Source: Octopus sinensis
Lineage: Eukaryota
Assembly (NCBI RefSeq): GCF_006345805.1
Contig: NC_043019.1
Span: 11,655,360 to 11,719,359 of the forward strand
Direction: 5' to 3'
Length of the DNA: 64,000 nucleotides
Part shown: in pieces, positions 1 to 11,000 of the stretch
How the letters are laid out: each line of letters starts with the position of its first letter
Numbering within the stretch: position 1 is the stretch's first letter
Made by a program: the position numbers and the translations under genes
The notes under the pieces: model-generated
Database searches by the model: none
Seen by the model: only the letters and a program-made list of their open reading frames with translations
What the model was told of the DNA's origin: nothing

Positions 1-2
1 CG

Positions 3-1919
3 CTTCAAAGTCCAACTATCAGATTCGTTGACCTTCCAAATTGCGATCGTAGCATCTTTCGATGCTGATATCAAATATCGATCATCAGCCGAAAAAACCA
101 GGTGTGTAACATCGAGACTATGACAAGGATAATCAAAAAATTTCCCACTTAGCGATGGAGGACACTCGATGCCTTTTATATAACCATTATTAGTTCCTAA
201 AAATAATATAGAATTGGAAGATGACAGAGCAATTGATGTGTAAACGACGCCACTCGCTGGAAACGTTCGCAATATATCCGACTCGTGGATTTCTTTCAAA
301 GAATGATCCGAGCCGACGGCATAAACATTTTTGGTCTCGGGATTATAAACAACATCGTTATAGGCGCAGGATTTCAAAACACACTGACCGATTCGCTTCC
401 CGGTTTTTAACTCCCAGTCATAAACTGCTCCATCCAAACCACATGAAAGGAGGTGATTATCATCCATAAACCAGGCGGTAGTTTTAACTTTGTCGTTGTG
501 ACCCTTCAGGTTGACCACCATTTCGAAAGTAATCGACGAGTATACCTGTATAAAGTTGTTGTTGACCGCTGCGAACATATGACCACCTCGGCTGAAGTTG
601 CAATGTGTACACATACGGATATTGAATTCTTGAAACGATTTCAAATCATCCATAAGAATATGCATGAAACGTAATTTGTCGTTGAAGCCTGCCAGAAGAA
701 ATAATCCCATTGGGTGCATAGATATGCTGTAGACTTCTTCTGAAAAGTCTTTAGAAAATTCTAAGGTAAACGTTTCGTAGTTCCACAGTTTTATAGAACC
801 GTCCAGAGAGCTGGTTGCAATGAAAGGTTTCCACGTACAAACACAACATCCAGTGATAGATTTAAAATGGAAAGGTTGAACTAAGACATCAAACTCACTC
901 GTTTTATTCATATATTTCAATTCAGGCTCAACAATGCCCGCAGAATACATTTGTTTCATATCGGTGATAATAACGAGAACCTCCTCCGATGGACTCACCA
1001 CCATCCATTTTATGATCTGCTTGCATAGTTGGCCATTTTCCAAAACATCTGACGGCATCCAAACATTCCTGACAAACTCGTAAGTATCCTTATTTTCAAT
1101 TCTTCCAAAAAACTGTACACTTTTCGTACCACACGCTGTAATAAATCCTTTAGCGTAACTGGCGATTGCTGTTACTCCGTGGCTCATTATAGAATCGTCG
1201 GACGTGTCCAAATATTGGTATACCTTAAAGTCAATTACTAAATCCGTATCTTCGATAAATAACACTCGAGCGGTGTTTGTACCCACCAAAAGCCGGTTGT
1301 TCGTGTCCCAGCAATAGCATTTGAAATCTTCACTATCGATTTTGGGGAAAGTAAACTGATTCACAATGCCTTCTGCGATGCGGAGCGATTTTAGATGTCC
1401 ATTGCCAAACACATACAACTGGAGATTATCGTGAGGGTTAAAAGTAATATGATAAAGAATCTCCGGCACATCAGACGTCGTGACATTGCTTGATATAAGC
1501 AGTTTCGATTTTTCCCACGACCAGTAAAGTAACGTTCCTAATTGGTCATCACATAGGGTGATGAGATAGCGAGAATCGTTCGAGAAACACATACTAATGA
1601 TCTTGGCAGAAAGTAATTCTGGGTAAACTAGCGACTTACTTTTCCGCGATGTGTACAATTCAAAAATGTTTACCGACGGCGTGTCGCATTTCAAAGCAAT
1701 GGCCGTATAGTTGCGTTTAGTACTTATAGCAATAGCAGTTATTTCAGACCCTTTCTGTGAAGTTTTGAACAACTTCATCGTATTTTCTTCGATGTTATAT
1801 AAAACACAGTGACAACCGCACGTATAGAGGATCGTCTGCTCATCGAAATAAAAGACATTCGTAAAAATATCCGCGTTAACTCCGGACAAATATTTTAATG
1901 TTGCTGTAGAGATAGACAT
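3..1919 (-). CDS. CFAP57: Intronless CFAP57/WDR65-like WD40 protein, copy 1 (first 639 codons; continues past window edge)
   Basis: ATG at 1919 reads MSISTATLKYLSGVNADIFTNVFYFDEQTILYTCG..., then QPFHFKSITGCCVCTWKPFIATSSLDGSIKLWNYE, ending SKDATIAIWKVNESDSWTLK at base 3 in the same frame. Colinear with ORF 17711-21079. The ORF track lists no minus-strand ORF here, consistent with no stop inside the window. Confidence 0.9.
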   Translation of the reverse strand, partial: MSISTATLKYLSGVNADIFTNVFYFDEQTILYTCGCHCVLYNIEENTMKLFKTSQKGSEITAIAISTKRNYTAIALKCDTPSVNIFELYTSRKSKSLVYPELLSAKIISMCFSNDSRYLITLCDDQLGTLLYWSWEKSKLLISSNVTTSDVPEILYHITFNPHDNLQLYVFGNGHLKSLRIAEGIVNQFTFPKIDSEDFKCYCWDTNNRLLVGTNTARVLFIEDTDLVIDFKVYQYLDTSDDSIMSHGVTAIASYAKGFITACGTKSVQFFGRIENKDTYEFVRNVWMPSDVLENGQLCKQIIKWMVVSPSEEVLVIITDMKQMYSAGIVEPELKYMNKTSEFDVLVQPFHFKSITGCCVCTWKPFIATSSLDGSIKLWNYETFTLEFSKDFSEEVYSISMHPMGLFLLAGFNDKLRFMHILMDDLKSFQEFNIRMCTHCNFSRGGHMFAAVNNNFIQVYSSITFEMVVNLKGHNDKVKTTAWFMDDNHLLSCGLDGAVYDWELKTGKRIGQCVLKSCAYNDVVYNPETKNVYAVGSDHSLKEIHESDILRTFPASGVVYTSIALSSSNSILFLGTNNGYIKGIECPPSLSGKFFDYPCHSLDVTHLVFSADDRYLISASKDATIAIWKVNESDSWTLK

Positions 1920-1956
1920 TTTCCCAAACTTGCTCGATTATTGTTCCTAAGATTAT

Positions 1957-1978
1957 ATGCATACACACTTCTCTCTTC

Positions 1979-2072
<94 letters not shown>

Positions 2073-2180
2073 CATACACACACACCTTCTGTGTGTGTGT
2101 GTGTATATATATTATATATATATATATATATATATGTACAAAGCTATATTTCTTTCTTTCTCTCTCTCTCTCTCTCTCTC

Positions 2181-2236
<56 letters not shown>

Positions 2237-2296
2237 TACATATGTCTCTCTCTATATACACATATACATATCTCTCTCTATATATACACATATACA

Positions 2297-2376
<80 letters not shown>

Positions 2377-2400
2377 CATACATACACACACACGCAATAT
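1957..2400. repeat. Compound microsatellite (ATCT)n/(CA)n/(TA)n/(CT)n
   Basis: Directly visible; explains the low-complexity ORFs 1941-2458. Confidence 0.95.
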
Positions 2401-2445
2401 TAAAAAAAAAAAATGAAAAGTAGGCTGAACTGTAGATGATGCTGA

Positions 2446-2463
2446 TCACGTGATTCAAATGAC
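2446..2463. promoter_or_regulatory. E-box-containing motif TCACGTGATTCAAATGAC upstream of CFAP57 copy 1
   Basis: 17/18 identical to 21171-21188, which lies upstream of copy 2; contains palindromic TCACGTGA. Confidence 0.55.
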
Positions 2464-2521
2464 GGCCCTTTTTTTCTGCGTTTTTTATTTTCTTAGTTTT
2501 TTTTAATTAATTTCCGTCATA

Positions 2522-2563
<42 letters not shown>

Positions 2564-2660
2564 GCGCTAAAGTATGAGTACAGTTTATACTATGAGAAAA
2601 AGAAAGATACGAAACTAACATACACATGAATACAACGTTATGATTATTACAGCAGGTTTA

Positions 2661-2685
2661 TTACGTCACAATACGGATGACGTCA
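2661..2685. promoter_or_regulatory. CRE/ATF-like sites (TTACGTCA at 2661, TGACGTCA at 2678)
   Basis: ATTACGTCA is also present at 21330-21338 upstream of copy 2. Confidence 0.4.
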
Positions 2686-2887
2686 TCATCACCACCATTA
2701 TCATCATCTTCGTTTTAGCGCCCACTTTCCCATGATTATACGGGTCAGACGGATTTTATTGAGACAGATTTTTTTCACGGCGGATGCCCCCCTTTCTGTC
2801 GCGAAGCTGCACCCATTTCCAAAGAAGGTTATATTTCCTTATGGCCAGACGTGATCGCACAGAATGCTGGAAATAAATAACATTGCT

Positions 2888-3040
2888 TGTATGAGGGGCC
2901 AGTGAAATGTTTCTGGCTTTAAAAAATCGTGAAAGGCCTGTTTGGAAACTCAACCTTTCGAGTTATTTTACAGGACTTACAAAAACTGAAGGACCTTTGC
3001 AATGAGTGTGTGAATCTGAGAAGGAGAATATGTTGAATAT
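2888..3040 (+). mobile_element. Mariner-like non-autonomous relic
   Basis: TATGAGGG start and a degraded transposase tail (...CVNLRxEYVE-like); same family at 63225-63410. Confidence 0.55.
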
Positions 3041-3629
3041 ATATATAAAAGAGAGGTTGTGTGCTGTCTGTCTCCTACTATTTAGATTCCTAACTACTCC
3101 CACATTTTGCGGTGCAGTTTAACCAAAACTGGGTATCTTATAGTCGTGATTCATATCGAGCCCTTCTGGGTATTAGCGCGCGTCTACGATGAGTCTACGA
3201 TTAAAAAAAAAATTACCATCAATTTTTCCCATTTTTAATGCATTTTTGGCATATATAAGGTTAGTAAGGAGAGACACAAATAAGTGAGAAGAAAACAAAG
3301 GACCACTGATGCGGTCACAAGAGTGTGACGAAAGAACTCTGGCCGAAATAAGATTAAGATTAATGTAAAAAATAAATATCACTGAAGCAAAATAACACCA
3401 AATATATAGTGCGTGTGTTTTTATTGGCTAAACTGGCAATATGACCATTCCGAAATATAACAAACTCTCTAAAAATTTATTATTAAATCTCAGAACGTAA
3501 AAAGCTACAGTAACACCCCCCCCCCTTGTGGTTAGTCATATTGAGATGGCTATTATACTTTACATCTCTAAAAATGCTTATATAGTTATTTCCCTTACAA
3601 ACCCGAGCAACGCCGGGCGATACTACTAG
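3040..3629 (+). mobile_element. Non-autonomous Helitron-type element
   Basis: TATATATAAAA 5' end; 3' CCCG...CGGG hairpin (CCCGAGCAACGCCGGG) followed by CTAG|T; same 3' end at 5188, 21698 and 49007 (minus). Confidence 0.75.
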
Positions 3630-3820
3630 TGTTGAATAAAATCATAATATTAACTCATGTATTTTCTTTTACTCAAAACCAGGAACTTTTCAGTATCCTC
3701 TCGTATGACAACCATTTTACAATTACCATTCGATGTCAAGACAGGGGGACACAAACATGCACACCCTCACATACGAAACATACACTCACGTAAGCGCGCG
3801 AGCACATACACACACAGATA

Positions 3821-3865
<45 letters not shown>

Positions 3866-3874
3866 ACACACACA

Positions 3875-3935
<61 letters not shown>

Positions 3936-4157
3936 TACTTAAATACACATACATATGCACAAACGGCTTCTTTCAGTTTTCTTCGACTAAATTCAAATAA
4001 CCCGGGGCTATTGTAGGGGACATTTGCCCAAGATGCCACACAATAGGACTTGAACCCAGAACCATGTGATTAGGATGCAAAATTATTACTACACAGCCAG
4101 GCTTGCTTTATTGTAACAATTAATCAAATAATGAGTGTTTTTTAAGCCCTCTAATTG

Positions 4158-4532
4158 CAAGTGTGGTAAGTAGCTTGCTAACCAACCACATGGTTCCGGG
4201 TTCAGTCCCACTGCGTGGCATACTGGGCAAATGTCTTCTGCTATAGCCTCGGGCCGACCAAAGCCTTGTGAGTGGATTTGGTAGACGGAAACTGAAAGAG
4301 GCCTGTCGTATATATGTATATATATATATGTATGTGTGTGTATATGTTTGTGTGTCTGTGTTTGTCCCTCTAGCATTGCTTGACAACCGATGCTGGTGTG
4401 TTTACGTCCCCGTCACTTAGCGGTTCGGCAAGAGAGAGGTCGAAAGAATAAGTCCCGGGGTCAATTTGCTCGATTAAAGGCGGTGCTCCAGTATGGCCGC
4501 AGTCAAAATGACTGAAACAAGTAAAAGAGTAA
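4158..4532 (+). mobile_element. tRNA-derived SINE, family A
   Basis: A/B-box-like head (TGTGTGGTAAG...GGTTCAGTCCC), internal TA/TG microsatellite, AAAAGAGT tail; more than 10 related copies in the window. Confidence 0.8.
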
Positions 4533-4534
4533 CC

Positions 4535-5118
4535 TCTTTAAGTACTCGGTCTTGGTGAGCTCCGCATCTCCATCGCACTCAGAGTGTGAGCTGACGTTTG
4601 TGGAGAATGAGATGCCGCTGTGGTAGGCCCCTTGATCCTACAGGTCTTCGCGATCTGTCTTGCTGCCAAAATGCTGGTCGCTTCGCTCGTCACACCGAGC
4701 TAAACTTAATCATTAAGCGGGCCCTGGCTCGGATTAATATCCGCTCTGTTCTGCAGCTGTCGGGATTATCCAGAAGTGATGGGAAGAGACCAGATGGTCT
4801 TACCTTCTGTTCCTGGGTAAGAGGTAAGTGCCTCCATCTGGGACGTCACGGTTTGTGACGCTTTTGAACCCCCACCCCCTCCACCAACATCCTGGATGCT
4901 GCGGTAAATGGGAGGGTCACTACTACCGTAGCCGAACAGAGCTAAACCCTGAAGTACCGGGACCTGGCAGCGAACTATCTCTTCCAACCTGTGACGTTTG
5001 GTATGTGTGGAAGGTGCTGGGCCGCTAACGGCGAAGTCCTAGTTGTCGTTGGCGGCTCGCCTTACCGAGGTGTCTGGTGATGCCCGTGAGGGTACTTGGC
5101 TATTCCAACGCCTTGGCT
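4535..5118 (+). mobile_element. CRE-clade non-LTR retrotransposon 3' fragment (zinc knuckle plus restriction-like endonuclease), degraded
   Basis: CRCGRPLDPTG..LSC, RHTELNLIIKRAL, DGKRPDGLT, and WDVTVCD after a frameshift. Confidence 0.8.
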
Positions 5119-5188
5119 ATAACTCTCTAAAAATGCTTATATAGTTATTTCCCTTACAAACCCGAGCAACGCCGGGCGATACTGCTAG
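5115..5188 (+). mobile_element. Helitron-type 3' terminus
   Basis: Near-identical to 3565-3629 and 21630-21698; hairpin plus CTAG. Confidence 0.75.
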
Positions 5189-5785
5189 TATATATATAAA
5201 TCTGAAATTCGAAAAGTTTGTTTGTCTGCTTTGGGCATTGGAACGGGTTAAAGGCCACTAAATCCCGTCGGATTGACTCCAAAATTTAAAAGATGGGCAA
5301 TGTTGATGGAATATTTTCCACATCATACAGATGATATAGAGCTCACAGCGGCGGTGGAGGGAGCAGAGCCTGAGCTTTTTGAGTCGATCCCAATAGTCAA
5401 GGCTTGTCATGTCATCCTCCGCAGACCTCCGCCAAGCGGCTCATTTTAAGATAGGTACTCGAGTAAAATTACTAATAGAGAAATGAAAATAAACTTTGGA
5501 AACAGCAACGCCACCATAGGTTACGTGCAAACGATGTACGTGTTTTCAAGGGAGATAATCAAAGAACGTAACATTGTATTACTTCATGTAACAAATGAAA
5601 AATCCTTCAAGAATCCATAAAATTCCCGGATCATTACCAAAATTTCATCATCTGTTCCTTGTGTCATTACCAACATTTTCTGCAAGTTCCATCATATACC
5701 GTTCACAACTTTTTGAGTTATTTTGCACACAGACGGACAAACCAACGCCGATGAAAACATAACCTCCTTCCTTGGCGGAGGTAAT
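5189..5785 (+). mobile_element. Non-autonomous DNA-element fragments (Helitron-like 5' end; ACCTCC...GGAGGT terminal hairpin)
   Basis: The same ACCTCC...GGCGGAGGTAAT end occurs at ~34555-34583; superfamily not assigned. Confidence 0.5.
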
Positions 5786-5790
5786 ATATA

Positions 5791-6216
5791 TGTAACAGGA
5801 TCAGTTTCGGTATCACTGGAGGGGTGTCCGATCTGATCCCGTCACATTCAATTTTAGTTAAAATAACAGACAAGTCAGGCGATCTACGAACACAGCAAAA
5901 ATGTTGTTTATTTCTCGTCGTAATGTAGAACTGGTGTACGTGTTCTCTGGAGGGAAACCGACAGCCGAATCTGTAGTACTGATTCTTGTTTGTTAGTCGA
6001 AATGATTCGTCGTGGTTCGCTGCTTGGTTGATATGACGTCCTCAGAGACTGCCAGTACACGTCCGTTCACGAGTGCTGCCAGAAAAGATGAATGAGCGAT
6101 CCGCGTTTTAGGGGTCAGTTTCCCGCACATGCGCATGGGGAAGACTTCCGGTTGACAACCGGAAGTAATCTCATTCTGCGCATGTGCGCTGAACCTTACA
6201 CAGCAGCATCACTACA
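5791..6216 (+). mobile_element. 5' LTR of a Ty3/Gypsy retrotransposon
   Basis: TGTA...TACA termini; followed immediately by a PBS and then gag-pol; no second LTR in the window. Confidence 0.7.
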
Positions 6217-6231
6217 TGGCTCCCCCTCGAG
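6217..6231 (+). promoter_or_regulatory. Primer-binding site, tRNA-Asp-like
   Basis: TGGCTCCCCCTCGAG abuts the LTR end; 13/15 match to the complement of the eukaryotic tRNA-Asp 3' end (TGGCTCCCCGTCGGG, from memory). Confidence 0.6.
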
Positions 6232-6344
6232 TGCGGAAGTACGAAACAAGAAAATTGTAGTGGCTGCAGAAAACAGATTTGGTACACAATATGACACAAA
6301 AACAAGAAATTTAAAAGAAAGAAAGTCAAATATAAATTGTCTTT

Positions 6345-6773
6345 GAGAGTTTCTTGAGAGAGTTTCTGGAGAGAGCAGCCCGGCTGGCGTTTGTGAATGG
6401 GTTCCCCGACGATGTCGGGATTCACCTACAACGACTGCCCGGGATTAAAAAGATGGCGCTGAGCGAACTCGTGGCTCAGGCCCGCGTGTTGACGAGACAC
6501 TCTGGGCGGAAGGCGATAGCGATGGCGGTGACGGAGGCGCGTAAAGACGGGCGACGTCCTGAGAAAGACGTACAGAAGCTTATCATGCAACGAGAGCGGC
6601 CGTTCTCAGGACGGTGTTTTAGATGCCAGGGACCGCACATGGCGCGGGACTGTACGCAGCCGGGGCCCGTTTGCTATCGATGCAGGCAGACAGGGCACAT
6701 TGCCCGTGATTGCGACCAGGGAAACGACCGCAGGGAAGTTGCTGCCTCTCGAACTTTCCCCGCAAACGAGTAG
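6345..6773 (+). pseudogene. gag: Gypsy gag C-terminal part with two zinc knuckles
   Basis: CFRCQGPHMARDC and CYRCRQTGHIARDC; N-terminal gag is missing. Confidence 0.85.
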
Positions 6774-7582
6774 AGGCGCTATTGGAGACGCTACCATTGA
6801 TTGACGTGGAGGCCGAGGGGAAGACGTTCAAGGCCCTCGTGGATACGGGCTGTACGACCACCCTTGTGACTTCGAGGGTGACGAAGGAATGGAACGGGGT
6901 GAGTAGTGTCCGGGTGGTCGACGGCAGCGAAATCCGTTGCAGAAGCAGCAGCAAGGTAGAGATAGTGGTGCGCGGCGCGACGCTAAGGCTGTAGGCAATT
7001 GTGACCGAACGCGTGATAGATGGAGTTGATGTGGTGATGGGGATGGACGCAATCAACTGCCTCGGTGGCGTCAGTGTTGTGGGAAATGAGGTCACGTTCG
7101 GAATACTGGGGGCGTCGTGCACTGCGAGTCAGGATCGCCAGAGAGAGCAGAGCCCCGCGAGGGACTGCGCCGCTTACACCATCGAGGACAAAGACTTTCA
7201 GGCGGCGTTCGATGGTCAGCGGTGGACGATAGAGTGGCGATGGAAGGACGAGCCCCCGACGCTGGAAAACAGGGTGAGCTGTTACCAGCATATCCTGAAA
7301 GGCCACGCCAGGGTCGAGTTTGAAAACGAGGTGGAGAGGTGGATCGAGGAAGGGGTCCTTGTCCCTTGGAAGGAGGAGGTAGTGGGCGGAGTGCTACCCC
7401 TGATGGCGGTGGTGCAGCCTACGAAGGGAAGAGTCAGACCGGTGCTGGACTTCAGGGAGCTAAACCAGCACATATCGTGTCACACGGGAGGTGAGGTGAC
7501 AGACGTTTGTGGCGAGGTGTTACGTAAGTGGAGACAGTCGACCGAGGCAGCGACGATTGTCGACTTGAGATCGGCAGACTAA
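6719..7582 (+). pseudogene. pol: Gypsy pol: aspartic protease plus N-terminal RT, in-frame TAG at 6992-6994, truncated before the YxDD motif
   Basis: ALVDTGCTTTLV; VLPLMAVVQPTKGRVRPVLDFRELN; VDLRSA; -1 frame relative to gag. Confidence 0.85.
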
Positions 7583-7745
7583 AACAATACCTGTTGTCAT
7601 AGGTACCCTAAGAATGATAGCAAAAGGGGCTGATTCCTAGCTAGCTCAGATACCAGGAAGACCCCAAAATGGCAGAAATTAAAAAGATAGTGCTCCTGGG
7701 AACTGCCCATGTCCTACGTAAAATACTGTTTATGTAATCTCAAAT
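7580..7745 (+). mobile_element. R4/Dong-type LINE 3' end
   Basis: TIPVVIGTL...IPG...EIKKIVLLGTAHVLRKIL*; same family at 32230-32335. Confidence 0.7.
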
Positions 7746-7914
7746 TGTAAAACAAACTTATAATAACTTTCTAATGTTTTCTTAAGCATTCTCTAGAACA
7801 ATACTATGTGCAAAACCAAATATATGACACCCTAGGCATAACACCAACTTGAACTTCTAACTTGACTCCTGAGTTCTCTGGTTGACACACAGAGTCAACT
7901 TGTACAAATGATAA

Positions 7915-8042
7915 TAAATTAATAATAATAATAATAATAATAATTAATAATAATAAATGATAATAAATAATAATAAATAATAATAATAATAAATAAATTA
8001 TAATAAATGCTAATAAAAAATAAAAAATAATAATAATAATGA
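7915..8042. repeat. (AAT)n microsatellite
   Basis: Directly visible; abuts the satellite array. Confidence 0.95.
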
Positions 8043-8047
8043 TGCTA

Positions 8048-11000
8048 TGGCATGAACGCCATGGGTACGGCATGAACGCCCAGGGTATGGTATGAAACTG
8101 TATCTGGTTGTGGGGTCACGACGTGAGAAGAACGCCGTGGGTACGGCATGAACGCCCAGGGTATGGTATGAAACTGCATCTGGTTGTGGGGTCACGACGT
8201 GAGAAGAACGCCGTGGGTACGGCATGAACGCCCAGGGTATGGTATGAAACTGAATCTGGTTGTGGGGTCACGACGTGAGAAGAACGCCGTGGGTACGGCA
8301 TGAACACCCAGGGTATGGTATGAAATTGCATCTGGTTGTGGGATCATGATGTGAGAAGAACGCCGTGGGTACGGCATGAACGCCCAAAGTATGGTATGAA
8401 ACTGAATCTGGTTGTGGCGTCACGACGTGAGAAGAAAGCCGTGGGTACGGCATGAACGCCCAAAGTATGGTATGAAACTGTATCTGGTTGTGGGATCATG
8501 ATGTGAGAAGAACGCCGTGGGTACGGCATGAACGCCCAAAGTATGGTATGAAACTGCATCTGGGTGTGGGATCATGATGTGAGAAGAACGCCGTGGGTAC
8601 GGCATGAACGCCCAAAGTATGGTATGAAACTGTATCTGGTTGTGGCGTCACGATGTGAGAAGAACGCCGTGGGTACGGCATGAACGCCCAAAGTATGGTA
8701 TGAAACTGAATCTGGTTGTGGCGTCACGACGTGAGAAGAACGCCGTGGGTACGGCATGAACGCCCAGGGTATGGTATGAAACTGTATCTGGTTGTGGGAT
8801 CATGATGTGAGAAGAACGCCGTGGGTACGGCATGAACGCCCAAAGTATGATATGAAACTGCATCTGGTTGTGGCGTCACGACGTGAGAAGAACAACGTGG
8901 GTACGGCATGAACGCCCAGGGTATGGTATGAAACTGCATCTGGTTGTGGCGTCACGACGTGAGAAGAACGCTGTGGGTACGGCATGAACGCCCAGGGTAT
9001 GGTATGAAACTGCATCTGGTTGTGGGATCACGATGTGAGAAGAACGCTGTGGGTACGGCATGAACGCCCAGGGTATGGTATGAAACTGCATCTGGTTGTG
9101 GCGTCACGACGTGAGAAGAACGCCGTGGGTACGGCATGAACACCCAGGGTATGGTATGAAACTGAATCTGGTTGTGGGATCACGATGTGAGAAGAACGCC
9201 GTGGGTACGGCATGAACGCCCAGGGTATGGTATGAAACTGCATCTGGTTGTGGCGTCACGATGTGAGAAGAACGCCGTGGGTACGGCATGAACGCCAAGG
9301 GTATGGTATGAAACTGAATCTGGTTGTGGGATCACGATGTGAGAAGAACGCCGTGGGTACGGCATGAACGCCCGGGGTATGGTATGAAACTGCATCTGGT
9401 TGTGGCATCACGATGTGAGAAGAACGCCGTGGGTACGGCATGAACGCCCAGGGTATGGTATGAAACTGCATCTGGTTGTGGATCACGATGTGAGAAGAAC
9501 GCCGTGGGTACGGCATGAACGCCAAGGGTATGGTATGAACTGCATCTGGTTGTGGATCACGATGTGAGAAGAACGCCGTGGGTACGGCATGAACGCCCAG
9601 GGTATGGTATGAAACTGCATCTGGTTGTGGATCACGATGTGAGAAGAACGCCGTGGGTACGGCATGAACGCCCAGGTATGGTATGAAACTGCATCTGGTT
9701 GTGGCGTCACGACGTGAGAAGAACGCCGTGGGTACGGCATGAACGCCCAGGGTATGGTATGAAACTGTATCTGGTTGTGGGATCACGATGTGAGAAGAAC
9801 GCCGTGGGTACGGCATGAACGTCCAGGGTATGGTATGAAACTGCATCTGGTTGTGGGATCACGATGTGAGAAGAACGCCGTGGGTACGGCATGAACGCCC
9901 AGGGTATGGTATGAAACTGCGTCTGGTTGTGGCGTCACGATGTGAGAAGAACGCCGTGGGTACGGCATGAACGCCAAGGGTATGGTATGAAACTGAATCT
10001 GGTTGTGGGATCACGATGTGAGAAGAACGCCGTGGGTACGGCATGAACACCCAGGGTATGGTATGAAACTGCATCTGGTTGTGGCGTCACGATGTGAGAA
10101 GAACGCCGTGGGTACGGCATGAACGCCCAGGGTATGGTATGAAACTGCATCTGGTTGTGGGATCACGATGTGAGAAGAACGCCGTGGGGACGGCATGAAC
10201 GCCCAGGGTATGGTATGAAACTGCATCTGGTTGTGGCGTCACGACGTGAGAAGAACGCCTTGGGTACGGCATGAACGCCCAGAGTATGGTATGAAACTGC
10301 ATCTGGTTGTGGGATCATGATGTGAGAAGAACGCCGTGGGTACGGCATGAACGCCCAGGGTATGGTATAAAACTGCATCTGGTTGTGGGATCACGATGTG
10401 AGAAGAACGCCGTGGGTATGGCATGAACGCCCAGGGTATGGTATGAAACTGCATCTGGTTGTGGGATCACGATGTGAGAAGAACGCCGTGGGTACGGCAT
10501 GAACGCCCAGGGTATGGTATGAAACTGCATCTGGTTGTGGCGTCACGACGTGAGAAGAACGCCCGGGTACGGCATGAACGCCCAGGGTGTGGTATGAAAC
10601 TGCATCTGGTTGTGGGATCATGATGTGAGAAGAACGCCGTGGGTACGGCATGAACGCCCAGGGTATGGTATGAAACTGCATCTGGTTGTGGGATCACGAT
10701 GTGAGAAGAACGCCGTGGTACGGCATAAACGCCCAGGGTATGGTAATGAACTGCATCTGGTTGTAGCGTCACGACGTGAGAAGAACGCCGTGGGTACGGC
10801 ATGAACGCCCAGGGTATGGTATGAAACTGTATCTGGTTGTGGGATCATGATGTGAGAAGAACGCCGTGGGTACGGCATCAACGCCCAGGGATGGTATGAA
10901 ACTGCATCTGGTTGTGGGATCATGATGTGAGAAGAACGCCGTGGGTACGGCATGAACGCCCAGGGTATGGTATGAAACTGCATCTGGTTGTGGGATCACG

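Noticed and set aside
8135-8200. Hammerhead-like or tRNA-like fold of the 76-nt monomer (GAGAAGA-stem-GAAC-GCCC A GGGT A)
   Set aside because: Lacks CUGA and A15.1, has no adjacent stem I and no pol III A/B boxes; better explained by the internal 20-mer duplication.
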